Below, piece after piece: positions 43,867 to 61,675 of a stretch of DNA of 64,000 nucleotides; positions within the stretch are counted from its first letter, which is position 1, and every line of letters begins with the position of its first letter. The notes beneath the pieces were generated by a model, which did not search any database, was not told the origin of the DNA, and was given only the letters and a program-made list of their open reading frames with translations. This DNA comes from an uncultured Gemmataceae bacterium (GTDB lineage Bacteria; Planctomycetota; Planctomycetia; Gemmatales; Gemmataceae). The DNA lies in contig CAVVPN010000003.1 in assembly GCA_963750165.1 (NCBI GenBank), positions 3,232,001-3,296,000 of the forward strand, written 5' to 3'. Position numbers and translations under genes: made by a program.

Positions 43867-45906
43867 ATGTCGCACTGCAGCCCCTGGCGTCCCGTCCGTG
43901 GGCCGCGCCCCGTGCCGTTCCGTCCCTGGCTGGAAGCGCTTGAGGCCCGCACCCTGCCCAACAACCGTTTCGTGGTGCCGCTCGGCACCGCCATCGACAA
44001 CGCCACCACCTTCGGCACCCTGCACGCGGCGCTGACCACCGGCGTCCACAGCGCCGGCGAGGTCATTCAGATTGAGCCGGGTTCCCACCCCGGCGTCGTC
44101 GGCAACGCCGACCTGACGGCCCCGGGCGTGGCCAACCTCACCATCCAGGGCGACCCGAACGCGCCGCTGACCGCCATCCCGACGTTCACCGTCAGCAACG
44201 TGGTGACCATCGGCAGCGCCGAGTCGGGCTTCACACTCAAGAACGTCAACGTCGAACTGATGACGGCCGCCAGCTTTTCCTTCGACAGCTCCACCACCAT
44301 CACCGGCTCGGCCATCGTCAGCTACTCCGGCCCCCCCACCTCGATCTTCTTCGTCCCCGGGACGGCCAACAACGTCGTCAACACCGTCACCGACTCGACG
44401 CTGGCCTCGCTGGACGGCGGCATCATGGTGCTGGTCGATCTGGCCAACGGCGACGGCAGCGGCGACAGCAACGTCTTCAGCAATGACGTGTTCGAGATGG
44501 CCAGCCCCTCCGCCAACGGCGAGTACCTCCTGGACTACACCAGCGGCGGCAGCCCGACGGTGCCGACGCCCGCGGACCAGGTGGTCAACAACACCTTCCT
44601 GGCCGCCCCCGGGCAGGACCTCTTCGCCATGTTCTACGACAGCGGCAACGCCAGCGGCCTGACGGTACAGGGCAACACCTTCAGCGACTCCGACACGAAG
44701 ACCATCGGCATCGAGCTGAACCACGGCGGCGACCTCGCGACCCAGAGCACGAACGTGATCGGCAATACGCTGCGGCTGACGGGCACGAGCGCGGTCGGCA
44801 TCAGCGTCAGCGGCGGCGCCGCCGGCTCGACCACCAGCGCCGTGCTGCTCAACAACCAGATCAGCACCAGCACGGGGCCGAACGGCGGCACGGGATTGCT
44901 GCTCAACGCGGGGTCGGTGGCGGGGGCCGTGGTGGGCGTTACGGCCCAGGGCAACGACTTCCACGACAACACCATCGGCGTCCACGCGACGGTGCAGAGC
45001 TTCACGAGCCCGGCGGTCTTCGGCGCGGACCTCGGCGGCGGCGGCCAGAGCGGCGGCGGCAACGATTTCCGCCTCCTCGGCCCCGCCAACTCCACCCAGG
45101 GGCCACTGGTCGTCACGGGCACCAACCCCTCCGTCCCGGTCACCATCGTGGCCGAGCACGACACCTTCAGTAACACGCCGCCGCTCTCGTTCGTTCAGGG
45201 CGGGCTGATCCACGTGACGGCGGACACGTCGAACGCGCTGTCGGCCAACGCCGCCTTCGTCGAGACGCTGTACGAGAACGAGTTGCACCGTTTCGGCGCC
45301 ACCACCAACCCCAACGACGCCGGCTACTGGGTGAATGTCCTCAACGCCAACACCATGACACCGGCGCAGGTGGCTGCCGCCATCAGCCACACGCCGGAGG
45401 CGCTTGGTGTGGTGGTCGATGGCCTGTATCTGAAGTTCCTGAACCGCGCCGCCGACCCCAACGGCCGGGCCGGGCTGGTCAATTACCTGAAGAACGGCGG
45501 CACCATTGAGCAGGTCATTGTCAGCCTGGTCACCTCGGCGGAGTACGCGGCGGACGTGGGCGGCACCGATTACGGCTACATCGAGTCCCTGTACGTCAAG
45601 CTGCTGGGCCGCACCGGCTCCAACGCCGAGGTATCGGGCTGGCTGGCGGCGTTGCCGATGCAGGGACGCTCCGGTGTGGCCAACGCCCTGCTGGTCTCGG
45701 CGGAGTTCCGTGGCGACGCGGCGCAGCAGTTCTACGGCTTCACCCTGGCGGCGCCGGCGTCGGTGCTGAGTCTGCTGCCGCCGCTGCTGCACCGCACCAC
45801 AGCGCCGTCGGCTGCCGACATCACCAGCTGGGTCAACTCGGGGCTGGACGTGCTGAGCATGGCGGTCGCGTTCGCCCAGACCGGGGAGTATTTCAGCAAC
45901 GGCTGA
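43867..45906 (+). CDS. Planctomycete extracellular protein: LEARTL N-terminus, beta-helix-like core, DUF4214-type tail
   Basis: RPWLEALEARTL; repeated xxGNTF/NNQI turns; LYLKFLNRAAD, SAEY. Confidence 0.85.
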   Translation: MSHCSPWRPVRGPRPVPFRPWLEALEARTLPNNRFVVPLGTAIDNATTFGTLHAALTTGVHSAGEVIQIEPGSHPGVVGNADLTAPGVANLTIQGDPNAPLTAIPTFTVSNVVTIGSAESGFTLKNVNVELMTAASFSFDSSTTITGSAIVSYSGPPTSIFFVPGTANNVVNTVTDSTLASLDGGIMVLVDLANGDGSGDSNVFSNDVFEMASPSANGEYLLDYTSGGSPTVPTPADQVVNNTFLAAPGQDLFAMFYDSGNASGLTVQGNTFSDSDTKTIGIELNHGGDLATQSTNVIGNTLRLTGTSAVGISVSGGAAGSTTSAVLLNNQISTSTGPNGGTGLLLNAGSVAGAVVGVTAQGNDFHDNTIGVHATVQSFTSPAVFGADLGGGGQSGGGNDFRLLGPANSTQGPLVVTGTNPSVPVTIVAEHDTFSNTPPLSFVQGGLIHVTADTSNALSANAAFVETLYENELHRFGATTNPNDAGYWVNVLNANTMTPAQVAAAISHTPEALGVVVDGLYLKFLNRAADPNGRAGLVNYLKNGGTIEQVIVSLVTSAEYAADVGGTDYGYIESLYVKLLGRTGSNAEVSGWLAALPMQGRSGVANALLVSAEFRGDAAQQFYGFTLAAPASVLSLLPPLLHRTTAPSAADITSWVNSGLDVLSMAVAFAQTGEYFSNG

Positions 45907-45996
45907 GGCGCCTGAGGGGGGTCGCGTCAGCGCCCCGTGGTCGCGCACGGGGCGCTGACGCGCACGGGGCGCTGACGCGACCCCCCTCAGGCGCCT
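45906..45996. repeat. REP-like palindrome with internal 17-bp tandem duplication
   Basis: 34-bp perfect arms; GCGCACGGGGCGCTGAC twice at 45943-45976. Confidence 0.92.
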
Positions 45997-46037
45997 ACAA
46001 CAGCCGCAGCCCCGTCGCACATTTTTCGGAGGCCGCC

Positions 46038-47990
46038 ATGCCACACCGCATCGCCGCGCGCCCCGCCCTGTACCGCCCCCGCCTGGAAGTGCTCGAAGCC
46101 CGCACCCTGCTCAACAACCGTTTCGTGCTGCCGCTGGGCGTGCCCGTCGATAACACGACCACGTTCACCACCCTGCAGGCCGCGCTCGCGACCGCCGGCC
46201 TGACCGCTGGCGACACCATCCAGATCGAACCCGGTTCCGCCCCCGGCAACGTCACCGCCATGGCGCCGCCCGTGGCCAGCCTGACCATCCAGGGCGACCC
46301 GAACGCGCCGCCCGGCGCCATCCCGCTGTTCACCATCAGTGGCCCCTTCACCGCCGTGCCGGGCCTGGGCCGCTTCACGCTGAAGAACGTCAACGCCGGC
46401 CTGGTGGACAGCGGCGCCCTCACGATTCAGGCCAACTTTACGCTCACCAACTCCGTGCTCGTGGACATCAACTCTACCAGCACGCTGCCCATCACCCTGT
46501 CGGGCGGCGCCAACGTGGTCACCGGCTCGACGGTGGTGAACGACGTCACCGTCAGCAACGGCATGCTGACCGTCGAAACGCCCGCCGGCGGCAGCAGCAA
46601 CCTGTTCAGCGGCGATACGTTCGTGGTGAACGCCTTCAGCAACGACGAGTTCGGTTACGCCGACGGCTCCGCCGCCACCGTCACCGACCAGGTGATCGGC
46701 AACACCTTCCTTGTCAGCCCGGGGGCATCCGCGAACTCACTGCTGACGGTGGAGGAATCGCTCACCAACCTGACCATCGCGGACAACACCTTCTCCGGGC
46801 CTGGCTCCACGGGCATCTACCAGGTGCCGTTCTTCTACCCGCAGAACCTGCAGATCGTCGGCAACACGCTGCGGTTGACGGCCGCGTCAGCGATTGACAT
46901 CGACCTGCAGGGCGGCGGACCCAACAGCAGCGTCAGCGCCGTCGTCGCCAACAACCAGATCAGCACCAACGGCACGAACGGCTACGGGCTGCGCTTCGAC
47001 CTGAGTGCCGCGGCGACGGGGGCGTTGAACGTCAAGGTCCAGGGCAACGACTTCCACGACAACGCCTTCGGCATCGAAATCGGCGGCGCGACGGGGCCGG
47101 CCGGCGGTATTGACCTGGGCGGCGGCAACCAGGGCAGCCTCGGCGACAACGACTTCCGCGGTTTCACCGTTCCCAACATGCCGAGCAACGTCGCCATCCA
47201 GGTGGCCGGGGTGGCGCTGTCCCAGGGGACCGTCCGGGCCCAGCACAACGCCTTCGCCGGCAGTGTCACGCCCGCCAGCGTGGTCTCGGACCCGAACCAC
47301 AACCTGAACCTGGCCAACCCGCTGTCCGCCAACGCGGCGTTCGTGGCGGCGCTGTACAACGACTTCCTCAAGCGCGCCGGCGACACTACCAATGCGAACG
47401 ACGCCGGCGGCTGGGTCACCGCCCTGAACGGCAACACGATGACGCCGGCGCAGGTGGCGGCGGCCATCAGCAAGACGCCGGAGGCGCTGGGCGTGGTCGT
47501 GGACGGCCTGTACCAGAAGTTGCTGAACCGGGCCGCGGACCCCAACGGCCGGGCGGAGTTGGTCACCTACCTGAGCAACGGCGGCACGCTGGAGCAGGTG
47601 GTGGACAGCCTGGTCACCTCGGCGGAGTACGCGGCCGACACGGGGGGCACCGACTTCGGCTTTGTGGAGTCGCTGTACGTCAAGCTGCTGGGCCGCACCG
47701 GCTCCAACGCCGAGGTGGCCTACTTCCTGTCGCAGTTGCCGGGCGGCGGCCGGGCGGGCGTGGCCAATGTCATCCTGTACTCGGCGGAGTTCCGCGGCGA
47801 CGCGGCGCAGCAGTTCTACGGCTTCGCGACGCCGCCGGCGATGTCGCTGCTGAGTGCGCTGCCGCCACTCCTGCACCGCACGACGGCGCCGTCAGCAGGG
47901 GACATCACCAGCTGGGTCAACTCCGGCCTGGCCGTGCTGAGCATGGCGTCCGTCTTCGCCGAAACGCAGGAGTTCTTCACCAACGGCTGA
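46038..47990 (+). CDS. Paralog of the preceding DUF4214-type extracellular protein
   Basis: RPRLEVLEARTLLNNRFV; C-terminal ~220 aa highly similar to the upstream gene. Confidence 0.87.
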   Translation: MPHRIAARPALYRPRLEVLEARTLLNNRFVLPLGVPVDNTTTFTTLQAALATAGLTAGDTIQIEPGSAPGNVTAMAPPVASLTIQGDPNAPPGAIPLFTISGPFTAVPGLGRFTLKNVNAGLVDSGALTIQANFTLTNSVLVDINSTSTLPITLSGGANVVTGSTVVNDVTVSNGMLTVETPAGGSSNLFSGDTFVVNAFSNDEFGYADGSAATVTDQVIGNTFLVSPGASANSLLTVEESLTNLTIADNTFSGPGSTGIYQVPFFYPQNLQIVGNTLRLTAASAIDIDLQGGGPNSSVSAVVANNQISTNGTNGYGLRFDLSAAATGALNVKVQGNDFHDNAFGIEIGGATGPAGGIDLGGGNQGSLGDNDFRGFTVPNMPSNVAIQVAGVALSQGTVRAQHNAFAGSVTPASVVSDPNHNLNLANPLSANAAFVAALYNDFLKRAGDTTNANDAGGWVTALNGNTMTPAQVAAAISKTPEALGVVVDGLYQKLLNRAADPNGRAELVTYLSNGGTLEQVVDSLVTSAEYAADTGGTDFGFVESLYVKLLGRTGSNAEVAYFLSQLPGGGRAGVANVILYSAEFRGDAAQQFYGFATPPAMSLLSALPPLLHRTTAPSAGDITSWVNSGLAVLSMASVFAETQEFFTNG

Positions 47991-48231
47991 GGTATCGGGG
48001 AGCGTATGTTAGCCCAGCCGTTGTCTGGATCATCTAAGGGAATTCCCAATACGCAATGGGATCACTACCGGCGCTCAGAATCCAATAACCGGAACCAAGC
48101 GAGTCAACTCCTTAACAACGCCCGGCGTTGCCGAAATGTTGGGCAGTAACGGCCGGCACTGCACTGCTCAATTCGATGGGAATCAAAGCTCCCATTTTGA
48201 AGCGCGGCCATTGAGATTCCAAATCCTTCTC

Positions 48232-48365
48232 TGCTGTGGCAGGCCACGCCAACCGGTGCCTGACTGTGCCCCCTCGGTAGTGCCAGGGGGTGACATCTCG
48301 ACGTGTAAAAAAGTTGGCATTCTTGGCCCCCTTGGCCCCCTTGCTGTGGCAACCGCTGCCGGCCG
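48232..48365 (-). repeat. Third (inverted) copy of the ~110-bp element plus the start of a fourth
   Basis: Reverse complement GCGGTTGCCACAGCAAGGGGGCCAAGGGGGCCAAGAATGCCAACTTTTTTACACGTCGAGATG matches 7587-7649. Confidence 0.88.
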
Positions 48366-48680
48366 GCGACGAGCCGGGACACGTCATGGCGCCGCCCCAT
48401 CGCGGCGGGCTTTCTTGCGGGAGCGCAGGCGGATTGAGCAACTTGTTGCGCAACCCGGAATCTTGCCAATGGGAGTCCCAATCTTTCATTCTTCTGATTG
48501 CTCGCCGCTTCCTCAGGCAGTATACTTCTAACACATCATTAGTCACCCCGGGAGGAAGTTAACACTTCCGCGGAAAGTCTCACCGGTGGCGGGCTCCCAT
48601 GAAGAACCTCCTCGTCTCGACCTCGGAAACGCATGCCCCGCTGCCGATTCGATGAAGGTCGCCCCTGGTCGGAGAAGCAC

Positions 48681-55831
<7,151 letters not shown>

Positions 55832-55835
<4 letters not shown>

Positions 55836-55922
55836 TCATTAGTCATTAGTCATTAGTACGGGGCACCCGCTTCGGACCAATGACCAATGACCAATGACTA
55901 ATGACTGATGACTAATGACTGA
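55832..55922. repeat. Inverted heptamer tandem repeat (TAGTCAT)n/(CTAATGA)n overlapping a stop and a start codon
   Basis: Left arm 55832-55857, right arm 55876-55922. Confidence 0.93.
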
Positions 55923-58058
55923 CAAGATCAACATCCTGGTGGTGGACGACCTGCCGGAAAAGCTGCTGGTGCTACAGTCCGTCCTGGAGGAACTGGGGCA
56001 GAACGTCATCACCGCACGCTCGGGCGAGGAAGCGCTGCGCAAGGTCCTGGAACACAAGTTCGCCGTCATCCTGCTCGACGTGAACATGCCGGGCATGGAC
56101 GGCCTGGAAACCGCCGCCCTCATCCGCGGCCGCAAGAAGTCGGCGCACACGCCCATCATCTTCGTCACCGCCTTCGCCGATGAAATGCACACCGCCCAGG
56201 GCTACGAGTTGGGCGCCGTCGATTACATCCTGTCGCCGATCGTGCCGGAAGTGTTGCGCACCAAGGTCCGCGTCTTCGTCGAGCTGTTCCGCATGACGCA
56301 GCAGGCCCACCGCCAGGCCGACGAGCGCGTCGCCCTGGCGCGGCGCAGGCGGCCCGCGCCGCCGCCGAGGAGGCCACGCGCCGCTCCGCCTTCCTGGCCG
56401 AGGCCAGCACCGTCCTGGCCAACTCGCTCGACTTCGACGCCACCGTGCGCGGCCTGCTCCAACTGGTGGTGCCGTTCCTCGGCGACCTGGCCGCGGTCAC
56501 GCTCGCCAGCGAGGCCGGACTGCCCTGGCGCAGTCAGTTCGCTTACCTGTTGCTGGACGACGGCGGCCTGCACCAGGGCGCACTTACCGCCGCCGAAGGG
56601 CCGCAGGATGAACTGCGGACCGCCGTGGAGCGCGTGCTGACCGGCGGCCGGGCCGAGACGCTGGATCGACCGCGTCGGTTGTCCGTGGTCCGTGGTCCGT
56701 CGCCAGGGGCGGGAGCGACGGACCACGGACCACGGACCAGGGACGAAATCGAATTGCACACAGCCGTCGTCCTGCCGCTGCTGGCCCGCGGCCGCACACT
56801 CGGGGCGCTGACGCTGGCCCACGGCCCTTCCGGGCGCCACTTCACACCGGCCGAGTTGTCCCTGGCCGAAGACCTCGCCGGCCGCGCTGCCATCGCCCTG
56901 GACAACGCCCGGCTGTACCGCGACATCCAGCAGGCCGACCGCCACAAGAACGAATTCCTGTCCATGCTGGCGCACGAGCTGCGCAACCCGCTGGCGCCCA
57001 TCCGCAATGCCGTGCAGATTCTTCGCCTCAAGTGCGCCCACGACCCGGAGTTGACGCAGATCCGCGACCTGATCGACCGCCAGGTGCAGCAGCTCATCCG
57101 GCTGGTGGACGACCTGCTGGACATCTCGCGCATCACCCGCGGCAAAATCCGCCTGCAAACCGAGCCGGTGGATGTGGCCACAGTGGTCACCCGCGCCGTC
57201 GAGACCAACCGGCCGCTGATCGACACCCGCCGCCACGAGTTGACGGTGACGCTGCCGGTCGAGTCGCTGCGCGTCGAGGGCGACCTGGTACGGCTGGCCC
57301 AGGTGCTCGGCAACCTGCTCAACAACGCGGCCAAGTATACCGAGGACGGCGGCCACATCTGGCTGACGGCGGAGCGCGACGGCACCGAGGCAGTGCTGCG
57401 CGTGCGCGATACCGGTGTGGGCATTCCACCGGACATGCTGGCCTCCATCTTCGAGTTGTTCACGCAGGTCGATCGGACGCTGGACCGCAGCCAGGGCGGT
57501 TTGGGCATCGGCCTGACACTGGTGCGGCGGCTGGTGGAGATGCACGGCGGCCGCGTCCAGGTCCACAGCGAGGGCCCCGGCCAGGGCGCCGAGTTCGTCG
57601 TCCGGCTGCCGGCGCTGGTGGGAGAGCGGCGGTCGGTGGCGACGGCCAACGGCATCGTCAGTTCGCTGGCGCGGTGCGGCCCGGTGCGCGTGTTGGTGGT
57701 GGACGACAACCACGATGCGGCCGACAGCCTGGCACTGCTGCTGCGGCTGGGGGGCCACGAGGTGCGCATCTGCCACGACGGCGCCACGGCGGTCGCGGTC
57801 GCGGCGGCGGATCGGCCGCGGCTGGTGCTGCTGGACATCGGCCTGCCCGGCATGGACGGCTACGCGGTGGCGCGCCAGCTGCGCCAGCTGCCCGAGCTGG
57901 CCGGCACGGTGCTGGTGGCGCTGACCGGCTACGGCCAGGCAGAGGACGTGCGCCGCTCGCACGAGGCCGGCTTCGACCACCACCTCGTCAAGCCCGCCGA
58001 CCCGGAGACGCTGGTCAACCTGTTTGCCTCGCTCGAACGCGCCGCGTCGGTTTCGTGA
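55915..58058 (+). CDS. Hybrid kinase REC-GAF-HisKA-HATPase-REC; frameshift near 56343
   Basis: ILVVDD, LLDVNMPG; KNEFLSMLAHELRNPLAPI; NLLNNAAKYT; GGLGIGL; C-terminal REC. Confidence 0.9.
56681..56737. repeat. Inverted heptamer tandem repeat (GTCCGTG)n/(CACGGAC)n, intragenic
   Basis: 23-bp perfect arms, 11-nt loop. Confidence 0.93.
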
Positions 58059-58082
58059 GCCCTTCCCTGTGCCCGTTCGTTG

Positions 58083-58179
58083 TGTTATCCTGAAGGAAGT
58101 GTGCCACGGAGGGCTTGCGTCTCATATCATTTCACACACCCCCTTCGGCCAGTCGGGTGAGCGTGGATTCCCTACCCAT
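58083..58179 (+). promoter_or_regulatory. Possible extended -10 (TGtTATCCT) followed by the conserved non-coding motif (copy B)
   Basis: Aligns with 43665-43748. Confidence 0.55.
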
Positions 58180-58385
58180 AGGGCAGCACATTTTCCGTGA
58201 AACCATGCAACTCTGAATCCCTTTCGCACATTGCATGCTCTAACTACTGCGGGACTTTCGACGACCAGGAAGCGTTTGCCGGGGCCCTGGACCGCGTGAC
58301 TCCCGCCGGACAACCTTGCCGGCCGCCTGCTCGTCAGGCACCGGCTCATGAGTATTGGCAAAGCATCACCCGAGAAGGAGTGTTT

Positions 58386-58874
58386 ATGTTGTACCAGCAA
58401 GACGGCGACCTGGTCCGTGCCGCCGACCAGGAACTGCAGACGAACGCCACGCCCGCAGCGCCCTCTCCGGTGGAGCCGGTGGCGGCGGACGTGGGCGCCG
58501 CGGTCGAGGCGAACGGCGATGCCGTGGCGACGCCGAGTCGCTATGCCGAGGCAGGCCGCAAGGGGGCGCGCCGCATTCACGAGCTGATTCAAGAGGGACG
58601 GTTGTATGAGCAGGAGCACGGCCTGAAACGCGGCCGGCAGCGCATCCGCCAGTTGATCGAGTTGGGCAAACTCTATGAGGAGGAGCACGGACTGCGGCCC
58701 GTCCAGTGCGCGACGCTGGCCGACCGCGTGGCCCAACTGAGCGAGGAGGACGCGCTACAGACGTTCCTGCACGCCCTGCTGCCGCTGGTGAAGCCCGGCT
58801 ACCGCGGCCGGCTGCTGGAGGTGCTCCAGGGACTGGACGTGGCCGCCGTGAAAGAGGTGGCGCAGGCGTCGTGA
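58386..58874 (+). CDS. Hypothetical protein with tandem 22-aa repeat
   Basis: GAAGGAG upstream; RIHELIQEGRLYEQEHGL / RIRQLIELGKLYEEEHGL. Confidence 0.75.
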   Translation: MLYQQDGDLVRAADQELQTNATPAAPSPVEPVAADVGAAVEANGDAVATPSRYAEAGRKGARRIHELIQEGRLYEQEHGLKRGRQRIRQLIELGKLYEEEHGLRPVQCATLADRVAQLSEEDALQTFLHALLPLVKPGYRGRLLEVLQGLDVAAVKEVAQAS

Positions 58875-59104
58875 AGCTCGTGGCCTTCGTTGGCGTTCAT
58901 GGGACGTTCAGCCTTTGCTGAATGTCCCATTTCGTTTTCCGAAGGCGAACCGTTCCGGTCACGGGGCGCGCACATGATGCAGGCTCCGGGGCGTCAATCT
59001 CCCACCAGAGATATTGCCCGCGGCACCTGGCGGACGTACCCGGCCTCTGGTACGATCCTGGCAGCACGGTTCCCGAAAACGCCACTCAAGGACCGAGGCC
59101 AATC

Positions 59105-60559
59105 ATGAGCATCGCCAGCACGCGAATCGGAACGCTGTCCGTCCTTCTTGCCTGGGCGTGCGTGACCCAGGCGACGTTCAGCCAGGACCAGAAAACCCCG
59201 CCGCCCAAACCCACCGAACAGCCCGCCCCGAAACTCGACGCCGCCACGGTTCGCCAGCTGGTGGAAGACCTCAAGAGCGGCGAGTTCAAGAAGCGGGACC
59301 GGGCGACGCGCGAGCTGTCCAAACTGGACGAGGTGCCGGACGCCCTGCGCGAGCTGAGCAACAAGGGCGACCTGGAGGCGCGCCGCCGGGCACAGGCCAT
59401 CGTGGGCGTCATCACGGTCCGCCTGGAGGAAAAAGCCTTCCAGGCGATGCTCGCCGACGTGCAGAAGATCGAACTGGATCGTCTCATCCGCCGCCTGGTC
59501 GCCAAGCCGAACGCGCCCGGCGACCGGGAGTGGGACTTGCTGCAGGCCGTGGTCCGGTCGGTGACGAAGCGGGCGAACGACCTGGGCGGCCGGCAGTTCG
59601 GGCCGCCCGTGCTGGACCCGAAAGCACTGCCGCTGCACAAGCCCGGCAACATCGCGGCCAACAAACAGCGCGTGCTGGTGCCTGGCCCGGACCTGAAGCT
59701 GGTGAGTGTGCAGGACTCCGTGGTGCTGTGCGTCGGGCCGACGCCGCGGATGGCCGGCGTGAGCAATTCGATCATCATCGTGGATGGCGATTTCACCGGC
59801 GTCACCAGCCTGACCAATTCGCTACTGATCGTCCGCGGCAACGTCGGACGGATGACCGGCGTGCGCAACAGCATTATCCTGGCCACCGGGAATTTCGTGG
59901 GCGCCACCGTCTGTGACGACAGCTTCCTCCAGGTGAACAACCAGCGTATTCGCTTCACCGGCTCCAAGAACTGCCTGCTGGTCAAGACGCAGGTGCGCAC
60001 GACCGGGCAGACCAACAGCCAGGTTCTGGAAACCGACCGCGGCCCGCTGCAACTGCTGAAATTCAGTGCGCGGCCGGCCGACGCCCAGCTCCACTGGGGC
60101 AAGGAGGTCAACGGCCTGGCCCTCGCCATTACGGCGACCGACCAGCCGGACAAAATCCTCCTCCGCTGGAAGAACGTCGGGAAAGAATGGATTACCATCC
60201 CAGGAACCCGGCGGCACGGAGACCTCATCGACCGGAACGCCGATGACCTGCTGGGGCAGGTCGCGTTAAAAGGCCCCGACGGCAAACTCGTGGCCGCCCG
60301 GAAATACGAGCCCCCGGCGCGCCCCGGCCTGCCGACGTTCCTCAACGACATCCTGCTCGGTCCTGGACAGACCCACGAGGAAATCATCGATGTGTGGGCT
60401 TACGTCCAGAGGCCGATGGCAGGCGGGGCCTATCAGCTGTCGATCCAGTTGGACATGCCCGGGGGCCGCCGCCGTCTGGAGACGGACGCGAAAGCCTGGA
60501 CTGGGAAAGTCGAGTCCAACGTGATCGGCCTCCAACTGGATGCCGCGGGCGGCCGCTGA
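59105..60559 (+). CDS. Secreted hypothetical protein (HEAT-like N-terminus, beta-solenoid-like middle, Ig-like C-terminus)
   Basis: Signal-like N-terminus, LVEDLKS..FKKRDRAT.EL, repeated NSIII..G motifs, WGKEVNGL. Confidence 0.75.
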   Translation: MSIASTRIGTLSVLLAWACVTQATFSQDQKTPPPKPTEQPAPKLDAATVRQLVEDLKSGEFKKRDRATRELSKLDEVPDALRELSNKGDLEARRRAQAIVGVITVRLEEKAFQAMLADVQKIELDRLIRRLVAKPNAPGDREWDLLQAVVRSVTKRANDLGGRQFGPPVLDPKALPLHKPGNIAANKQRVLVPGPDLKLVSVQDSVVLCVGPTPRMAGVSNSIIIVDGDFTGVTSLTNSLLIVRGNVGRMTGVRNSIILATGNFVGATVCDDSFLQVNNQRIRFTGSKNCLLVKTQVRTTGQTNSQVLETDRGPLQLLKFSARPADAQLHWGKEVNGLALAITATDQPDKILLRWKNVGKEWITIPGTRRHGDLIDRNADDLLGQVALKGPDGKLVAARKYEPPARPGLPTFLNDILLGPGQTHEEIIDVWAYVQRPMAGGAYQLSIQLDMPGGRRRLETDAKAWTGKVESNVIGLQLDAAGGR

Positions 60560-60647
60560 TCCGCGCCGTGGACGCGGCAGCGTTCGGCGGGACCGGGTAC
60601 AATCCAGACGGAGACACCTTCGTCCGGTCACAACCCCGGTGAGTTGC

Positions 60648-61622
60648 ATGAACCCCCCGCCCGCCCAAACTCTGACGGTCGCCGCCGAGCAGGCCGGCCA
60701 GACGCTCGCCGCCGTGCTGCGGGCGCTGTTGTCGGGCCAGTCCTGGAACCAGGTGCGCCGCCTGATCGAGACCCGCCACGCCCGCATCGGCGGCGAACTG
60801 GTCCTCGACCCCGCCCGCCGCGTCAAGGAGGGCGAGATTGTCGAGTTGCTCGCCCACCCCGCGCCGCCGCCGCGGCATCGCGAGACCATCAACCTCCGCT
60901 ACCTCGACACGCACCTGGTCGTCGTCGAGAAGCCGCCCGGCTTGCCGACCGTCCGCCACCCCGCCGAGCGCGACTGGGACACGCGCCGCCGCGCCCTCAA
61001 CCCGACCCTTGACGAACTGGTGGCGGCGCTGGTCGCCCAGCGCGAGGACCGGTCGCGCAAGGGGCCGCCGCCGCGGTTGCGCATCGTCCACCGTATCGAC
61101 AAGGACACCAGCGGCCTGGTGGTCTTCGCGCGCACCGTCGTGGCCGAGAGCGGCCTGGGCAAGCAGTTCAAGGCCCACACGGTCACGCGCCGCTACCTGG
61201 CGGTGGTGCCGGGCAAGGTGGCGTCGCAGCGGATCGTGTCGCGGCTGGTGCGCGACCGTGGCGACGGCCGCCGCGGCAGCACGCCGCTGGAGCATGTCCC
61301 CGGCAAGGACGCGGTGACGCACGTGGAGGTGGCCGAGCGACTGCCCGGCTACACGCTGCTGGCGTGCCGGCTGGAGACGGGTCGCACGCATCAAATCCGC
61401 ATCCACCTGGCCGAACGCGGGCACCCCATCTGCGGCGACAAGGTGTACCACCGCAAGCCCGACGGCAGCGTGCTGCCGGACGCCAGCGGCTCCCCGCGGT
61501 TGGCGCTGCACGCGGCCGAGCTGGGTTTCACGCACCCGGTCAGCGGCGAGGAGCTGCACTGGGAGATGCCGCTGCCGCCGGACTTGCAGGACTTCCTGGA
61601 CCGGCTGCGCCAGGGCGGGTAA
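60648..61622 (+). CDS. RluA-family pseudouridine synthase (RluD-like)
   Basis: S4-like N-terminus, VVEKPPGL, VHRIDKDTSG, LETGRTHQIRIH, GHPICGD, LHAAELGFTHP. Confidence 0.93.
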   Translation: MNPPPAQTLTVAAEQAGQTLAAVLRALLSGQSWNQVRRLIETRHARIGGELVLDPARRVKEGEIVELLAHPAPPPRHRETINLRYLDTHLVVVEKPPGLPTVRHPAERDWDTRRRALNPTLDELVAALVAQREDRSRKGPPPRLRIVHRIDKDTSGLVVFARTVVAESGLGKQFKAHTVTRRYLAVVPGKVASQRIVSRLVRDRGDGRRGSTPLEHVPGKDAVTHVEVAERLPGYTLLACRLETGRTHQIRIHLAERGHPICGDKVYHRKPDGSVLPDASGSPRLALHAAELGFTHPVSGEELHWEMPLPPDLQDFLDRLRQGG

Positions 61623-61675
61623 GATCAAATCCAGACGTGCTCATCCATTCACCCTTGGCCCCGGGGGCAAATCGC

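Noticed and set aside
47991..48680. Short ORFs or RNA genes in the long intergenic region
   Set aside because: No coding signal, tRNA cloverleaf or known RNA motif recognised
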